Shown: piece by piece, positions 32,339-40,983 of the stretch
How positions within the stretch are numbered: position 1 is the stretch's first letter
Layout of the letters: the number at the start of each line of letters is the position of its first letter
DNA from: an uncultured Acidobacteriota bacterium
GTDB taxonomy: Bacteria > Acidobacteriota > Blastocatellia > RBC074
DNA: 64,000 bases
Direction of reading: 5' to 3'
Assembly: GCA_963796275.1 (NCBI GenBank)
Contig: CAWCKY010000002.1
Span: forward strand, 480,001-544,000
Program-made: the position numbers and the translations under genes
The notes under the pieces: generated by a model
Seen by the model: only the letters and a program-made list of their open reading frames with translations
Databases searched by the model: none
Told to the model about the DNA's origin: nothing

Positions 32339-33982
32339 ATGTTGAATCAATCTGGCAACATTTATGAGTTCGGCCCCTTTCGCCTCGATTCCGCCGATAA
32401 GACTTTATGGCAAGACGGGCAGCCTGTGCCTCTCACGCCGAAGGCTTTCGACACACTGCTCATCCTCGTGGAAAATAACGGACATCTGGTTGAAAAAGAC
32501 GAGCTAATCAGACGACTCTGGCCCGACAGTTTTGTGGATGAGAACAGCCTGCCGCAAAACATTTACCTGCTCAGGAAGGCGCTCGAAAAAGGATCGCCGG
32601 CGCAACTGGGGCAGGGGCCGCTGGGGGAGGGACAACTGGGGCAGATACAACGCTACATTGTAACCGTCCCGCGGCGCGGATATCGCTTCATCGCTCCGGT
32701 ACGGAAGGTGTGCGGCGAAACTGGCGAGTTGGCCATCGAGCAGAAAAACCAAATTGATTCAGGTGGACCGCCGTCAGAAAGTGATCCCCCCTCCTTAATA
32801 CATCCCACCGCATCCATTGACGGTTTGCGTAGAAACATTTATCCCATCGCATTTTTCTCGCTACTGTTAATCGCGTTATTTGCGGGTTGGAGTTTAAGGG
32901 GCGTAACTCGCCGGTCTGCCGCAACGCCTACCGTACAGAACGTCGCCGCGCCCCCCTTCAAGCCGCAGGTGGAGCAGAGTCGGACGGATAACGCCGAAGC
33001 ATATCAGGATTATGCGCGCGGCCGCTTTTTCTGGGGCAAGCGCACGGAAGAGGGAATGACGCGCAGCATCACCTGCTTCAAACAGGCACTTGAAAAGGAT
33101 GCGCGATACGCCCTGGCCTGGGCCGGGCTGGCTGATGCTTATGCTGTGAGCGCCTACCTTGGCTACCAGGTCCTGCCAGAACAAGAAGCATATCAACAAG
33201 CTCAGTCCGCCGCTTTGAGAGCGCTCGAACTCGACAATACGCTGGCCGAAGCTCATTCCGCCCTGTCTGTGGTGAAGGCTTACCGCGATTACGACTTGCG
33301 CGGAGCTGAAGCCGCCGCCAGACAAGCCGTCGCTCTGCAAACCAATAACGCGACGGCGCATCAGCGCCATTCCATTTTCCTGCGCGACCAGGGGCGGCTG
33401 GAGGAAGCACTGACCGCGGTTAAACGCGCGCAGGAGATTGATCCGCTCTCGCCAGCGATAGGCAGCAATCTGGCTTATATCTTATATCTGCGGCGCGACT
33501 ATGAGAGCGTCGTCGCGCAATGTGGCAAGGTGCTGGAGACCGAGCCGGATTATTTTCAGACATTGCTCGTGCTGGGGATGACTTACGAACGACAAAATAA
33601 GCATGACGAAGCAATCGCCGTACTGGGAAGGGCCAGAGAACAGCGCCGAGGGCGGAACGGAGTTTACTTGAACACGCTGGAAGCACTCGGCCACGCTTAC
33701 GCGGCGGCCGGACGCCGAGCGGAAGCCGAGCAAATACTCGTGGAGCTATCAACGATACCCGCGCCGCCCGGAGATAAAGAATATTATTCGGCATTGATTC
33801 GCTCCGGATTGAGCGTGAATGAACAGGTCTTCGCATTGCTCGAAACCAGTTCCAAGAGTTGGCAAACCACGCCGGTCGCCCTCACGCTTGACCCGAGGTT
33901 TGACGAGCTCAGGTCAGACGCCAGATATAAATCTCTCTTCAAAACAAAAAGACTCGCACGCTTCTTACCATTCTCATCGTAG
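32339..33982 (+). CDS. Winged-helix (OmpR/CadC-type) membrane-anchored regulator with TPR repeats
   Basis: 'YEFGPFRLD', 'LTPKAFDTL..LV', 'YIVTVPRRGYRF', one TM segment, then TPRs ('EAYQDY.RGRF.W'). Confidence 0.88.
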   Translation: MLNQSGNIYEFGPFRLDSADKTLWQDGQPVPLTPKAFDTLLILVENNGHLVEKDELIRRLWPDSFVDENSLPQNIYLLRKALEKGSPAQLGQGPLGEGQLGQIQRYIVTVPRRGYRFIAPVRKVCGETGELAIEQKNQIDSGGPPSESDPPSLIHPTASIDGLRRNIYPIAFFSLLLIALFAGWSLRGVTRRSAATPTVQNVAAPPFKPQVEQSRTDNAEAYQDYARGRFFWGKRTEEGMTRSITCFKQALEKDARYALAWAGLADAYAVSAYLGYQVLPEQEAYQQAQSAALRALELDNTLAEAHSALSVVKAYRDYDLRGAEAAARQAVALQTNNATAHQRHSIFLRDQGRLEEALTAVKRAQEIDPLSPAIGSNLAYILYLRRDYESVVAQCGKVLETEPDYFQTLLVLGMTYERQNKHDEAIAVLGRAREQRRGRNGVYLNTLEALGHAYAAAGRRAEAEQILVELSTIPAPPGDKEYYSALIRSGLSVNEQVFALLETSSKSWQTTPVALTLDPRFDELRSDARYKSLFKTKRLARFLPFSS

Positions 33983-34197
33983 ATCGCTTCGGAGTTCGAT
34001 GCGGCTGCTCGATCGACTGGCCTGTTCTTGACAAGCAACAGATTGTCATTAGTATGTACCGGCATCAATGACTCAATTATCCGGCATCTATATGGATGCA
34101 ATACGACGACAGTTAAATGCAATGGAATGAACTCCCGGGTCGGTATTGCACTCTCTCCTAAAAATATCTAGCAAGGCAGTCACCAGAGAGGAATTTC

Positions 34198-34950
34198 ATG
34201 AAGAGACAAGCCTTATTACGGAACTTTTGCCTATCGATTTTTGCCATTTGTCAGTTGATTGCCTTGAAGGAGCCCGCTGAGCCCTCAAATCAACAAAAGT
34301 TACGAATCCTGATCGTTACCGGCGGCCATGATTTCGAGGAGAAGGAATTTTTCCAGATGTTTAATGAAATGGAGGGTGTTACCTGGACACATGTCCGGTA
34401 TCAACAAGACGCCGTACGGTATTTTAAACCCGAAAACGCTGGTTCCTATGACGTGATGGTCTTCTACGACATGCATCAAAACCATGAAACGCACTATCAG
34501 GACTGGCTTAAGGTGTTGGAGAAAGGCAAGCCTTCTATATTCCTGCATCATACGCTGGGGTCCTACATGAATTGGGACGCCTACGGCGATATCCTCGGAG
34601 GCTGGGCGAACTTTGGCGGGAAAAGAGCGAAAGGTAGTCCAATCAGCACCTTCAAACACGATGTAAATTTCAAGGTTCACATCGCCGATCCGAACCACCC
34701 GATAACGAAAGGGCTCCAGGACTTCGAGATATTCGATGAAACGTATAACCACTTCGAGGTGAATCCCGGAGTTCACGTCCTGCTTACCACAAACCATCCG
34801 ACCAGCGGTAAAGTCATCGCTTGGACGCATAGATACAAGAATTCACCCGTCGTCTATATACAATTGGGTCACGGCCCCGGGGCATACAATAATCCCAATT
34901 TCAGAACGCTGTTGGGAAGATCGATCCGCTGGGCGGCGGAGAAAAAGTAG
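34198..34950 (+). CDS. ThuA domain-containing secreted protein
   Basis: Signal peptide; 'ILIVTGGHDF', 'YDV.VFYD', 'HPITKGL.DFEI.DETY', 'VYIQLGH'. Confidence 0.85.
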   Translation: MKRQALLRNFCLSIFAICQLIALKEPAEPSNQQKLRILIVTGGHDFEEKEFFQMFNEMEGVTWTHVRYQQDAVRYFKPENAGSYDVMVFYDMHQNHETHYQDWLKVLEKGKPSIFLHHTLGSYMNWDAYGDILGGWANFGGKRAKGSPISTFKHDVNFKVHIADPNHPITKGLQDFEIFDETYNHFEVNPGVHVLLTTNHPTSGKVIAWTHRYKNSPVVYIQLGHGPGAYNNPNFRTLLGRSIRWAAEKK

Positions 34951-35084
34951 ATTAGTCGTCAGATTTCAGTTGGAGTAGATCCGATCGATACTTACACAAA
35001 AGCCAAAGAAAGCCCCTTGCTTTAGCGGTTGTCATCAAATCTTGGGCAATTCGCGATCATTGCGTTTCGTAATGAAAAGGGCGG

Positions 35085-35280
35085 TGGAGATAAGCCGTGG
35101 TGGAGCGCAGCGGAACCACCGGTAGCCGTGCACACTCACATCGCACCTCGGCAGGGGTGCTGGATGGAGTTCTGAATTGCTAAATCTTCTCTTCATCGTG
35201 TCTGGTCCGGGCACTACTGTGGCGCAAAGGTAATAACTATGGTCGGTCCGGTGGTTACATTCCGCTGCATATCCGGGGGC
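35085..35280. repeat. Degenerate REP-like palindromes
   Basis: GCAGCGGAACCACCGG pairs imperfectly with CCGGTGGTTACATTCCGCTGC; internal GCACC...GGTGC stem; lies between convergent genes. Confidence 0.45.
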
Positions 35281-35382
35281 AAAACCCAAAAGATTTGGTA
35301 ATGACAAAGCTTCAGCGAGGGGATGATTTTGGCACGGTGCGAAGAATCCCGCTGCTGTTAGCGGTGAGAGTGACAATTCTTC

Positions 35383-36606
35383 TCAACGGATCTCGACATA
35401 ATCAACGCGCGCGTGTTCACCATCCTCGCGACCGGCGACCACCCTGATCTCGGCACCGTTGGCGATTGAGATGCCGGTGAATGTCCGGGCCTTCCACGTA
35501 TGATCGTCGACGTTTGCGGTCCACGAGCCAACCGTGAAACCGCCCACCTGTAAATTGAAGGTGACCTGGCCATCGATCTCGTCGTGGTAGCGAATCGTAA
35601 CATCGTAAGTTCCGGAAGCGCCGGTGAACGTGGTGCGGACGTTGCCGGGCGTGTTCGATATCGCCCGGGCGCTAGTCTCGCCTTCGAATTCATTGGTCTC
35701 GTAACCGGTCTTGGTCATGTTCTCGGCCTCGATCCGGACCATGCCGCCACTACCAGTCGCGCTGGGGCACTGGCTGGCGCTGGTCTCCGAGACGCACCAG
35801 TCAGCGAACAGAACGGTCTCATCGCGCAGGGAAGAAAGACTGTTCAGGCTGCGATAGATTCCCCATTTGCCCCGGTTGTAGTTGTTTCCCGCCCTCCAGG
35901 TATCGACAGTACTGCTGTTCCAAGAGACCAGTGTGGCCCCGTCGCTCAGCCTCTTGATGGAGAGTTGGATATTCCCCGAGTCCGCACTCCGGTACTGCAC
36001 GAACGCTTCAACCCATACGTTACGGAACGGCGCAAGGTCTGCCTGGGCTTTGACGCCTCCGCCCGATTGGCCGGAGGGCGGCGTGAAGATGATCTCGAGG
36101 CGGTCCGGACTGCCGGCGCGAGGTGTGATCGTTAGGATGGGGGATCCGGCGTCGCTACCAGCTTGCGCCTTGATCTGGAAGATGTGGGTGAAGTTCGGTG
36201 AGGCCTGGAACCCTGACGGGAGCCGGAACTTCCAGCGATAATATGCCGTCTGCCCGTTGGCGTGCTGAAGAATATCTTGATTGGCGCTGCCGGGAGCCGT
36301 CTTGACCTCCAGTCGCTGCCGGTCGAAGTTGGTGCAGCGATCGTCGTCCAGGTCGCGGTGAATATCGAAGGCGAAGACGTTCTTGCCAAGCGTGCTGTCG
36401 AAGACCTCGCGAATGTGCCTCACGGCATGGCCGCAATCCGGTGTCTCGAGGCCGAACCCTTTGGACTCGAGAAGTTCGTACGTGTTGCCCGGCCCATCGG
36501 CGGAGATCGTGACCTGAGCATTCGAAATCAGCGGAGATAGAACGGTAACCGCAAAACACACTAAGCCAAGCGTCAGCGCACGGCTCACCATGATCGACAT
36601 TTCCAT
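35383..36606 (-). CDS. Secreted polysaccharide-lyase-like (heparin lyase I-type jelly-roll) protein with C-terminal CBM-like domain
   Basis: Signal peptide; 'DRQRLEVK', 'YRWKFRLP.GFQ.S..FTHI.QIK', 'KWGIYR'; C-terminal 'IEAENM...GTYDV.IRY.DE.DG...ARVDYVEI'. Confidence 0.7.
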   Translation of the reverse strand: MEMSIMVSRALTLGLVCFAVTVLSPLISNAQVTISADGPGNTYELLESKGFGLETPDCGHAVRHIREVFDSTLGKNVFAFDIHRDLDDDRCTNFDRQRLEVKTAPGSANQDILQHANGQTAYYRWKFRLPSGFQASPNFTHIFQIKAQAGSDAGSPILTITPRAGSPDRLEIIFTPPSGQSGGGVKAQADLAPFRNVWVEAFVQYRSADSGNIQLSIKRLSDGATLVSWNSSTVDTWRAGNNYNRGKWGIYRSLNSLSSLRDETVLFADWCVSETSASQCPSATGSGGMVRIEAENMTKTGYETNEFEGETSARAISNTPGNVRTTFTGASGTYDVTIRYHDEIDGQVTFNLQVGGFTVGSWTANVDDHTWKARTFTGISIANGAEIRVVAGREDGEHARVDYVEIR

Positions 36607-36654
36607 ACTTTCCCTTTCATATTTTTTGGTGGAATGGCTGTTGAGCGTATAGCG

Positions 36655-36861
36655 TGGTCAGACCAAATGACAGCCGACCGAGCAATTCGGGTAAAACCAT
36701 CACTCAACCTCTTTTATTTGACCGGCAGGTGGCGCACGAAATCAGACGGCTTTACTACAATCTTTATTAGCCCCCCTGCTCTCAAATCTTCAGTGGGATG
36801 TCTGGTTGATTCTACTTGGTGGTATGACCAAAATACAATAGTCAATATATAAGGTAGACCA
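36655..36861. promoter_or_regulatory. Three GntR/FadR-type operator-like boxes
   Basis: TGGTCAGACCA (36655-36665), TGGTATGACCA (36820-36830) and GGTAGACCA (36853-36861), all upstream of the lyase-like gene. Confidence 0.6.
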
Positions 36862-37046
36862 ATAATCAATCCTGCAGTAAATAGTAGAAGAAGGCGCGCG
36901 CGTACATCAGAATTTGAGATTCACAAAAAATCAGAAAAGGAGATCACAGACACAAAAGAGGGAGGCGGAAAGAAGCCTATCTCCTAACCTCTCCCTCTCG
37001 TATTTTGCGATCTCCTATTTGTATGTAGTCCCACATCTCGCCGGAG

Positions 37047-37880
37047 TCATTCGACCCAGGAGACGAACGGCCGACCGTATAGCGCTCCGATAAACAGCAG
37101 AAGCGCTAAAAGTCCATACGTGACTCCTATTAATTGCACCCATCTCACAGAATTGAGTTTCAGCATTGTGCTGCGAGGTGAAGCGAATAGGACTCCGATG
37201 AGAGGCATGACCTGCAGCGAGTGTATACCGAAGAAGTGCGCCACGCGCAGGTCTCCTGCGCTCGTGCTCCAGTTCAAAATCGGCACTCCGGCTCCGCCGT
37301 CAGGCACGCCAACGCTATGCGCTCCGTTACCTATCATGGCGAATCCTTCGAGGCTCGCGAGAATGAAGATCACGAGCCCCAGCCGTATGCCCCAGAGATA
37401 GGGTGCCGGTATTTTTGCATCGGACCTCCAGAATCTCATCGCAACATAGGCTGCAGCCAGGATGTTGAGAACGATAGACGCGCCCATCGCCGCGAAGACC
37501 GCGATGTCGAAAGCGGTCGCCCGATTGAAATGTGAAGTCACGCCTCTGGCTGCCTGCATAGTTATGAGTACTATCTCGATGACGAGTGTGCCTGCGAGAA
37601 TCCAGTTGATCCGCCGCTTCACTTCCGCTCGCAGCGGTATTTCCCCGAGGATCCAGGCCATCGTAAACAGGTAGATCGCGATCGAGATCGCAAACTTCAT
37701 CGGCTTGATCCATGGGTTGATGCCCATAACGGTTCGTCCGTCGAAGGGCGCAATCAGCAGCATTATGGATAGCAGCGCGAGATGTGCTATGCCGAGGCCG
37801 AACAGCAGCGGGTTGCGCCTGTACAATTCATGAACGAAGCCCGAAGATTTCGTCTGTATGAGATTGAACGTCGAATCCAT
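37047..37880 (-). CDS. Conserved hypothetical membrane protein (partner of ABA4-like gene)
   Basis: Multi-TM; 'G.NPW.KP.KF..S', 'QAARG..SHFN', 'H.VG.PDGG.G.P.LNWS...GDLRVAHF.G.H..Q'. Confidence 0.75.
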   Translation of the reverse strand: MDSTFNLIQTKSSGFVHELYRRNPLLFGLGIAHLALLSIMLLIAPFDGRTVMGINPWIKPMKFAISIAIYLFTMAWILGEIPLRAEVKRRINWILAGTLVIEIVLITMQAARGVTSHFNRATAFDIAVFAAMGASIVLNILAAAYVAMRFWRSDAKIPAPYLWGIRLGLVIFILASLEGFAMIGNGAHSVGVPDGGAGVPILNWSTSAGDLRVAHFFGIHSLQVMPLIGVLFASPRSTMLKLNSVRWVQLIGVTYGLLALLLFIGALYGRPFVSWVE

Positions 37881-37908
37881 CGTCTTAACTCCTTACTTGA
37901 GAACTATG

Positions 37909-38349
37909 CTAACAGGTAGAGCCTGCGCGCTCGGGAACATCTCCCTTTACGCGGCGGAACAGCAGATAGAGGAGGAAGCCGCACGGCCCCAGCATGAGCG
38001 TCAGGTAGAGCATTGGCGCCATGAGCCATGCCGATAATCCTCGGTCGCGGCTGTCGAGATATATCCATCGCCCGACGAGGAGATCGAAGGCCAGAAAGTG
38101 AAGCCAGGCGATGGTCGCTCCTGCCGGTGAACCGAGCAGGCCGGCTATTCCAGCCAGGCTGGGCCGCGCGACCAGCGGCCAGACCTGGGCCAGCCGGGGA
38201 AACACCAACGCCGCATAGAGAACCGCCGGCAGCGCCGCGATGAGCGGCGAACCGATCAGGCGCCTGGTCACACGCCAATGCGGCAGAAAGATCATCAGCG
38301 CCCAAACGGGCAGGACGAAAAAACTGCTTACTGCAAATATGGTTTCCAC
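37909..38349 (-). CDS. ABA4-like (DUF4281) membrane protein
   Basis: 'LP.W.LMI.LP.W..T', 'W.H.LAFDL.VG.W', 'L.LTLM.GP.G.L.Y'; GTG start. Confidence 0.85.
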   Translation of the reverse strand: METIFAVSSFFVLPVWALMIFLPHWRVTRRLIGSPLIAALPAVLYAALVFPRLAQVWPLVARPSLAGIAGLLGSPAGATIAWLHFLAFDLLVGRWIYLDSRDRGLSAWLMAPMLYLTLMLGPCGFLLYLLFRRVKGDVPERAGSTC

Positions 38350-38386
38350 GATTACCGCCTTCTATTCCTTAACGTAATAATTTTGA

Positions 38387-38399
38387 TTAACAGTGTTAA
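38387..38399. promoter_or_regulatory. Predicted TetR operator (TTAACAGTGTTAA)
   Basis: Palindrome upstream of the ABA4-like gene; the same core occurs upstream of tetR. Confidence 0.65.
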
Positions 38400-38417
38400 C
38401 CTTCATTCGAAAAAAAT

Positions 38418-39068
38418 TTACTTTTGTCGCAGGCCGTCCATCATCATCTTCATGGCCAGGCGGGTGCTCTTCTCCACCATATCCGGGGTGAACCGTTTCG
38501 GGTTGGCCAGCGCCAGCGAGGTGATCCCGTGCACCAGAGACCATATGACGTGGCTATAGACGCTCACGTCACCCTGCTTCAGGATACCCGCATCCATCGC
38601 CTGGCTTACGGCATGCCGTAAGGTATCGAAAGACGCGATCATCGGCGGGGTTTGTTGCCTCCGGCTCTCGAAGAGGAGATCCGCCCGCTGCATGAACATC
38701 ATCTGGTAGTAGATCGGCGACTCCAGCCCGAACCTGACGTATGCCTGCCCCAACGCTTCGAGACGTTTAAGCGGGCTTGCCGTATGCTCTGCGGCAGCGG
38801 CGAGACGCTCGGCAAACTCGACGAAACCTTCGTGAACGACGGCGAAGAGAAGATCGTCCTTATCTTCATAATACCGATAAATGGTCGTGGCGGAATACCC
38901 GATCCGCTCGGCTACCCTGCGCATCGAAAATCCCTCGTAGCCATGTTCGAGGAAAAGCTCGCCGGCCGCCTTCAGAATAGTTCGGCGCAACCCCTTCTTC
39001 TGCTCATCGCGCCGTTCCCTGCTCGCGTGGCGCACCCGCTCGGCCTGCGTGGGTTCGTTTTTTTTCAT
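38418..39068 (-). CDS. TetR/AcrR family transcriptional regulator
   Basis: 'IL.AA.ELF.E.GYE.FSMRRVA..IGYS..TIY.Y..DKDDL'; C-terminal 'WS.VHG' (WHG type). Confidence 0.93.
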   Translation of the reverse strand: MKKNEPTQAERVRHASRERRDEQKKGLRRTILKAAGELFLEHGYEGFSMRRVAERIGYSATTIYRYYEDKDDLLFAVVHEGFVEFAERLAAAAEHTASPLKRLEALGQAYVRFGLESPIYYQMMFMQRADLLFESRRQQTPPMIASFDTLRHAVSQAMDAGILKQGDVSVYSHVIWSLVHGITSLALANPKRFTPDMVEKSTRLAMKMMMDGLRQK

Positions 39069-39129
39069 TCGTTTTTCTCATTGCATCTTATCGCTTCTTA
39101 TTGCCTCTTATTGCTGCATACTCAGAATA

Positions 39130-39174
39130 CGTAACACTGTTACGAAACATAACTCCGATATACAATTTTGTCAA
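39130..39174 (-). promoter_or_regulatory. sigma70-type promoter of tetR with adjacent operator
   Basis: Minus strand TTGACA-17 nt-TATGTT, followed almost immediately by the palindrome CGTAACAGTGTTACG (39130-39144). Confidence 0.65.
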
Positions 39175-39329
39175 CCCGAAGCCGATCCTTCCATGACGGA
39201 GCTATGTGCTTTCCGCTACGGAATTGATGGACACGAATGGATAACGAGTGAGCGCGAAAACCCAATAGATTGTGGAGTCAATAATTCTACGTGGATTTAA
39301 TTCGCTCCAGCCCCAGGTTCGGCTGTAAC

Positions 39330-39492
39330 TGTTTGGCATCATGTGTGCTCCCCCATGCTCACGATGGGTGCACTAAAATTGATTGTGGTTGATTTTCTTC
39401 TCTGAATGATGGCTGTTGCCGCAATTGCGGGTTATCTCCCTGCGTGACGAGCGTCGCGCCTGGATCCTGTCGAATCTCTACGAGCCGAATAG
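39330..39492 (+). pseudogene. ADOP permease C-terminal relic
   Basis: 39406-39492 reads MMAVAAIAGYLPA*RASRLDPVESLRAE*; an upstream 'LFGI' fragment lies at ~39330. Confidence 0.78.
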
Positions 39493-39599
39493 GGTTCGAC
39501 TTGCCAGGGACTTCGCATCTTTCCTTGGGCGTCACAAAAAATCATGAAGCAGAAATTTGGTGGCTAATCATTTTTATCATTACCTAGATTTTTCATGCT

Positions 39600-40895
39600 T
39601 CAACCGCCTTCGATCCGGCGCCCGCGAGTCTCCGGAAGAGTCAACATCAACGCTGCCCCTGCTACAAAAAATGCCGAGGTCAACGCCAGCGCAGTCCCGA
39701 GTCCGCGAGTTATCGCCAGCGCACCGATTGTGTAAGGAGCAAGCCCGCCCAGAATGCGTCCGACGTTGTATGTGAAGCCTTGCGCGGTCGCCCTCACACG
39801 CGTATCGAACAGCTCAGAAAGCATAGCGCCGAAGACGCTGAAGTATCCGTGACTGAAAAACCCCAATAATGGCCCGGTCGCCATCAGCACCCATGGGCTG
39901 CGCGCCATATGGCCATAGAATGGGACCAAAACGGCAGCGGCAAGCAGAAAAACGATAAACGCCGGGCGTCGGCCTATGCGGTCGGAGATGAATCCGAATG
40001 ATAAGTAACCGAAAAACGCCCCTATCTGCGTCGGGATGATCCAGGCGGCCGATTTCACTATGCTCATTCCGGCGCCGCCCTGTTCCACCGGAGTCGCGAG
40101 AAATCCGGGCATCCAGGTGAATATCCCCCAGTAACCGAACATCACCATCGAAGTTACCAGTGAGGCTTTCAACGTGCGACCTATACGCTCACGGCTGAAG
40201 ATCAACGCGATCGTAATGACCGCGCTCGAAAGAGAGCCGGTTTGAGACGTATCGTGTCCTTTTCTTTGTTCAGACCAGACCGCGGGCTCTTGTACATTCC
40301 TGCGTATCCAGAATACAAACAATGCGGGCAGCACACCCACGACGAAGAGCCATCGCCAACCGAGCGTCGGCAAAATGGCTGCCGCAGTGAGAGCCGCCAG
40401 TATGTACCCGATCGCCCAACCGGATTGCATGATTCCGATAGCCTTGCCCCTATGCTCCGCGGGCCAGGTTTCACTGACGAGCACGGCCCCCGATGCCCAC
40501 TCCCCTCCCATACCTATACCTACGGCTATGCGCCAGAGCATCAATTGAGTAAAGTTTTGCGCCGTTGCTGTCCCGAGCGTCGCAAAGGAATAGATGAGGA
40601 TGGTGGCCATCAGAGCTCGCGTGCGGCCGAAATAATCGGCCACCACGCCGAACAATAATCCTCCGATGGCTGAGGCGATCAACGCTCCCGTGGCGAGCAG
40701 GCCCACCTGTGCGGTATTGAAGCCGAATGCATCCATCAATGATTTGATCGCCATCAGAAAGAGGACGAAATCCAGCGCATCGAGCATCCATCCCAGTTGC
40801 GCCGCGACCAAGGTGTTCCACTGCTCCCGCTTTATCGTGCGATACCACGCAACAGCCTCACCATGCGCCTCAATCGATTGATCGGTTATGGCCAC
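39600..40895 (-). CDS. MFS transporter (SHS/aromatic-acid-like)
   Basis: 'GWMLDALDF', 'ADYFGR.R', 'G.GMGGEW..G..LV.ETWP..HRG'. Confidence 0.88.
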   Translation of the reverse strand: MAITDQSIEAHGEAVAWYRTIKREQWNTLVAAQLGWMLDALDFVLFLMAIKSLMDAFGFNTAQVGLLATGALIASAIGGLLFGVVADYFGRTRALMATILIYSFATLGTATAQNFTQLMLWRIAVGIGMGGEWASGAVLVSETWPAEHRGKAIGIMQSGWAIGYILAALTAAAILPTLGWRWLFVVGVLPALFVFWIRRNVQEPAVWSEQRKGHDTSQTGSLSSAVITIALIFSRERIGRTLKASLVTSMVMFGYWGIFTWMPGFLATPVEQGGAGMSIVKSAAWIIPTQIGAFFGYLSFGFISDRIGRRPAFIVFLLAAAVLVPFYGHMARSPWVLMATGPLLGFFSHGYFSVFGAMLSELFDTRVRATAQGFTYNVGRILGGLAPYTIGALAITRGLGTALALTSAFFVAGAALMLTLPETRGRRIEGG

Positions 40896-40983
40896 ATTCG
40901 CCCCCTCTCAGTTTGATAATAGAACCACGGGGAACACAGGAAGCACGGGTCTTTGACGGGTGTGTTTCTTTCCAACTCATTTT

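Noticed and set aside
34970-35000. 'VDPIDT' as a fourth ADOP tail
   Set aside because: Lacks the preceding PARRA and following LR.E motifs; likely chance.
36935-37020. Long hairpin AGGAGATC...GATCTCCT as a novel ncRNA
   Set aside because: Lies just after a gene end and is adequately explained as a terminator-like or degenerate intergenic repeat.
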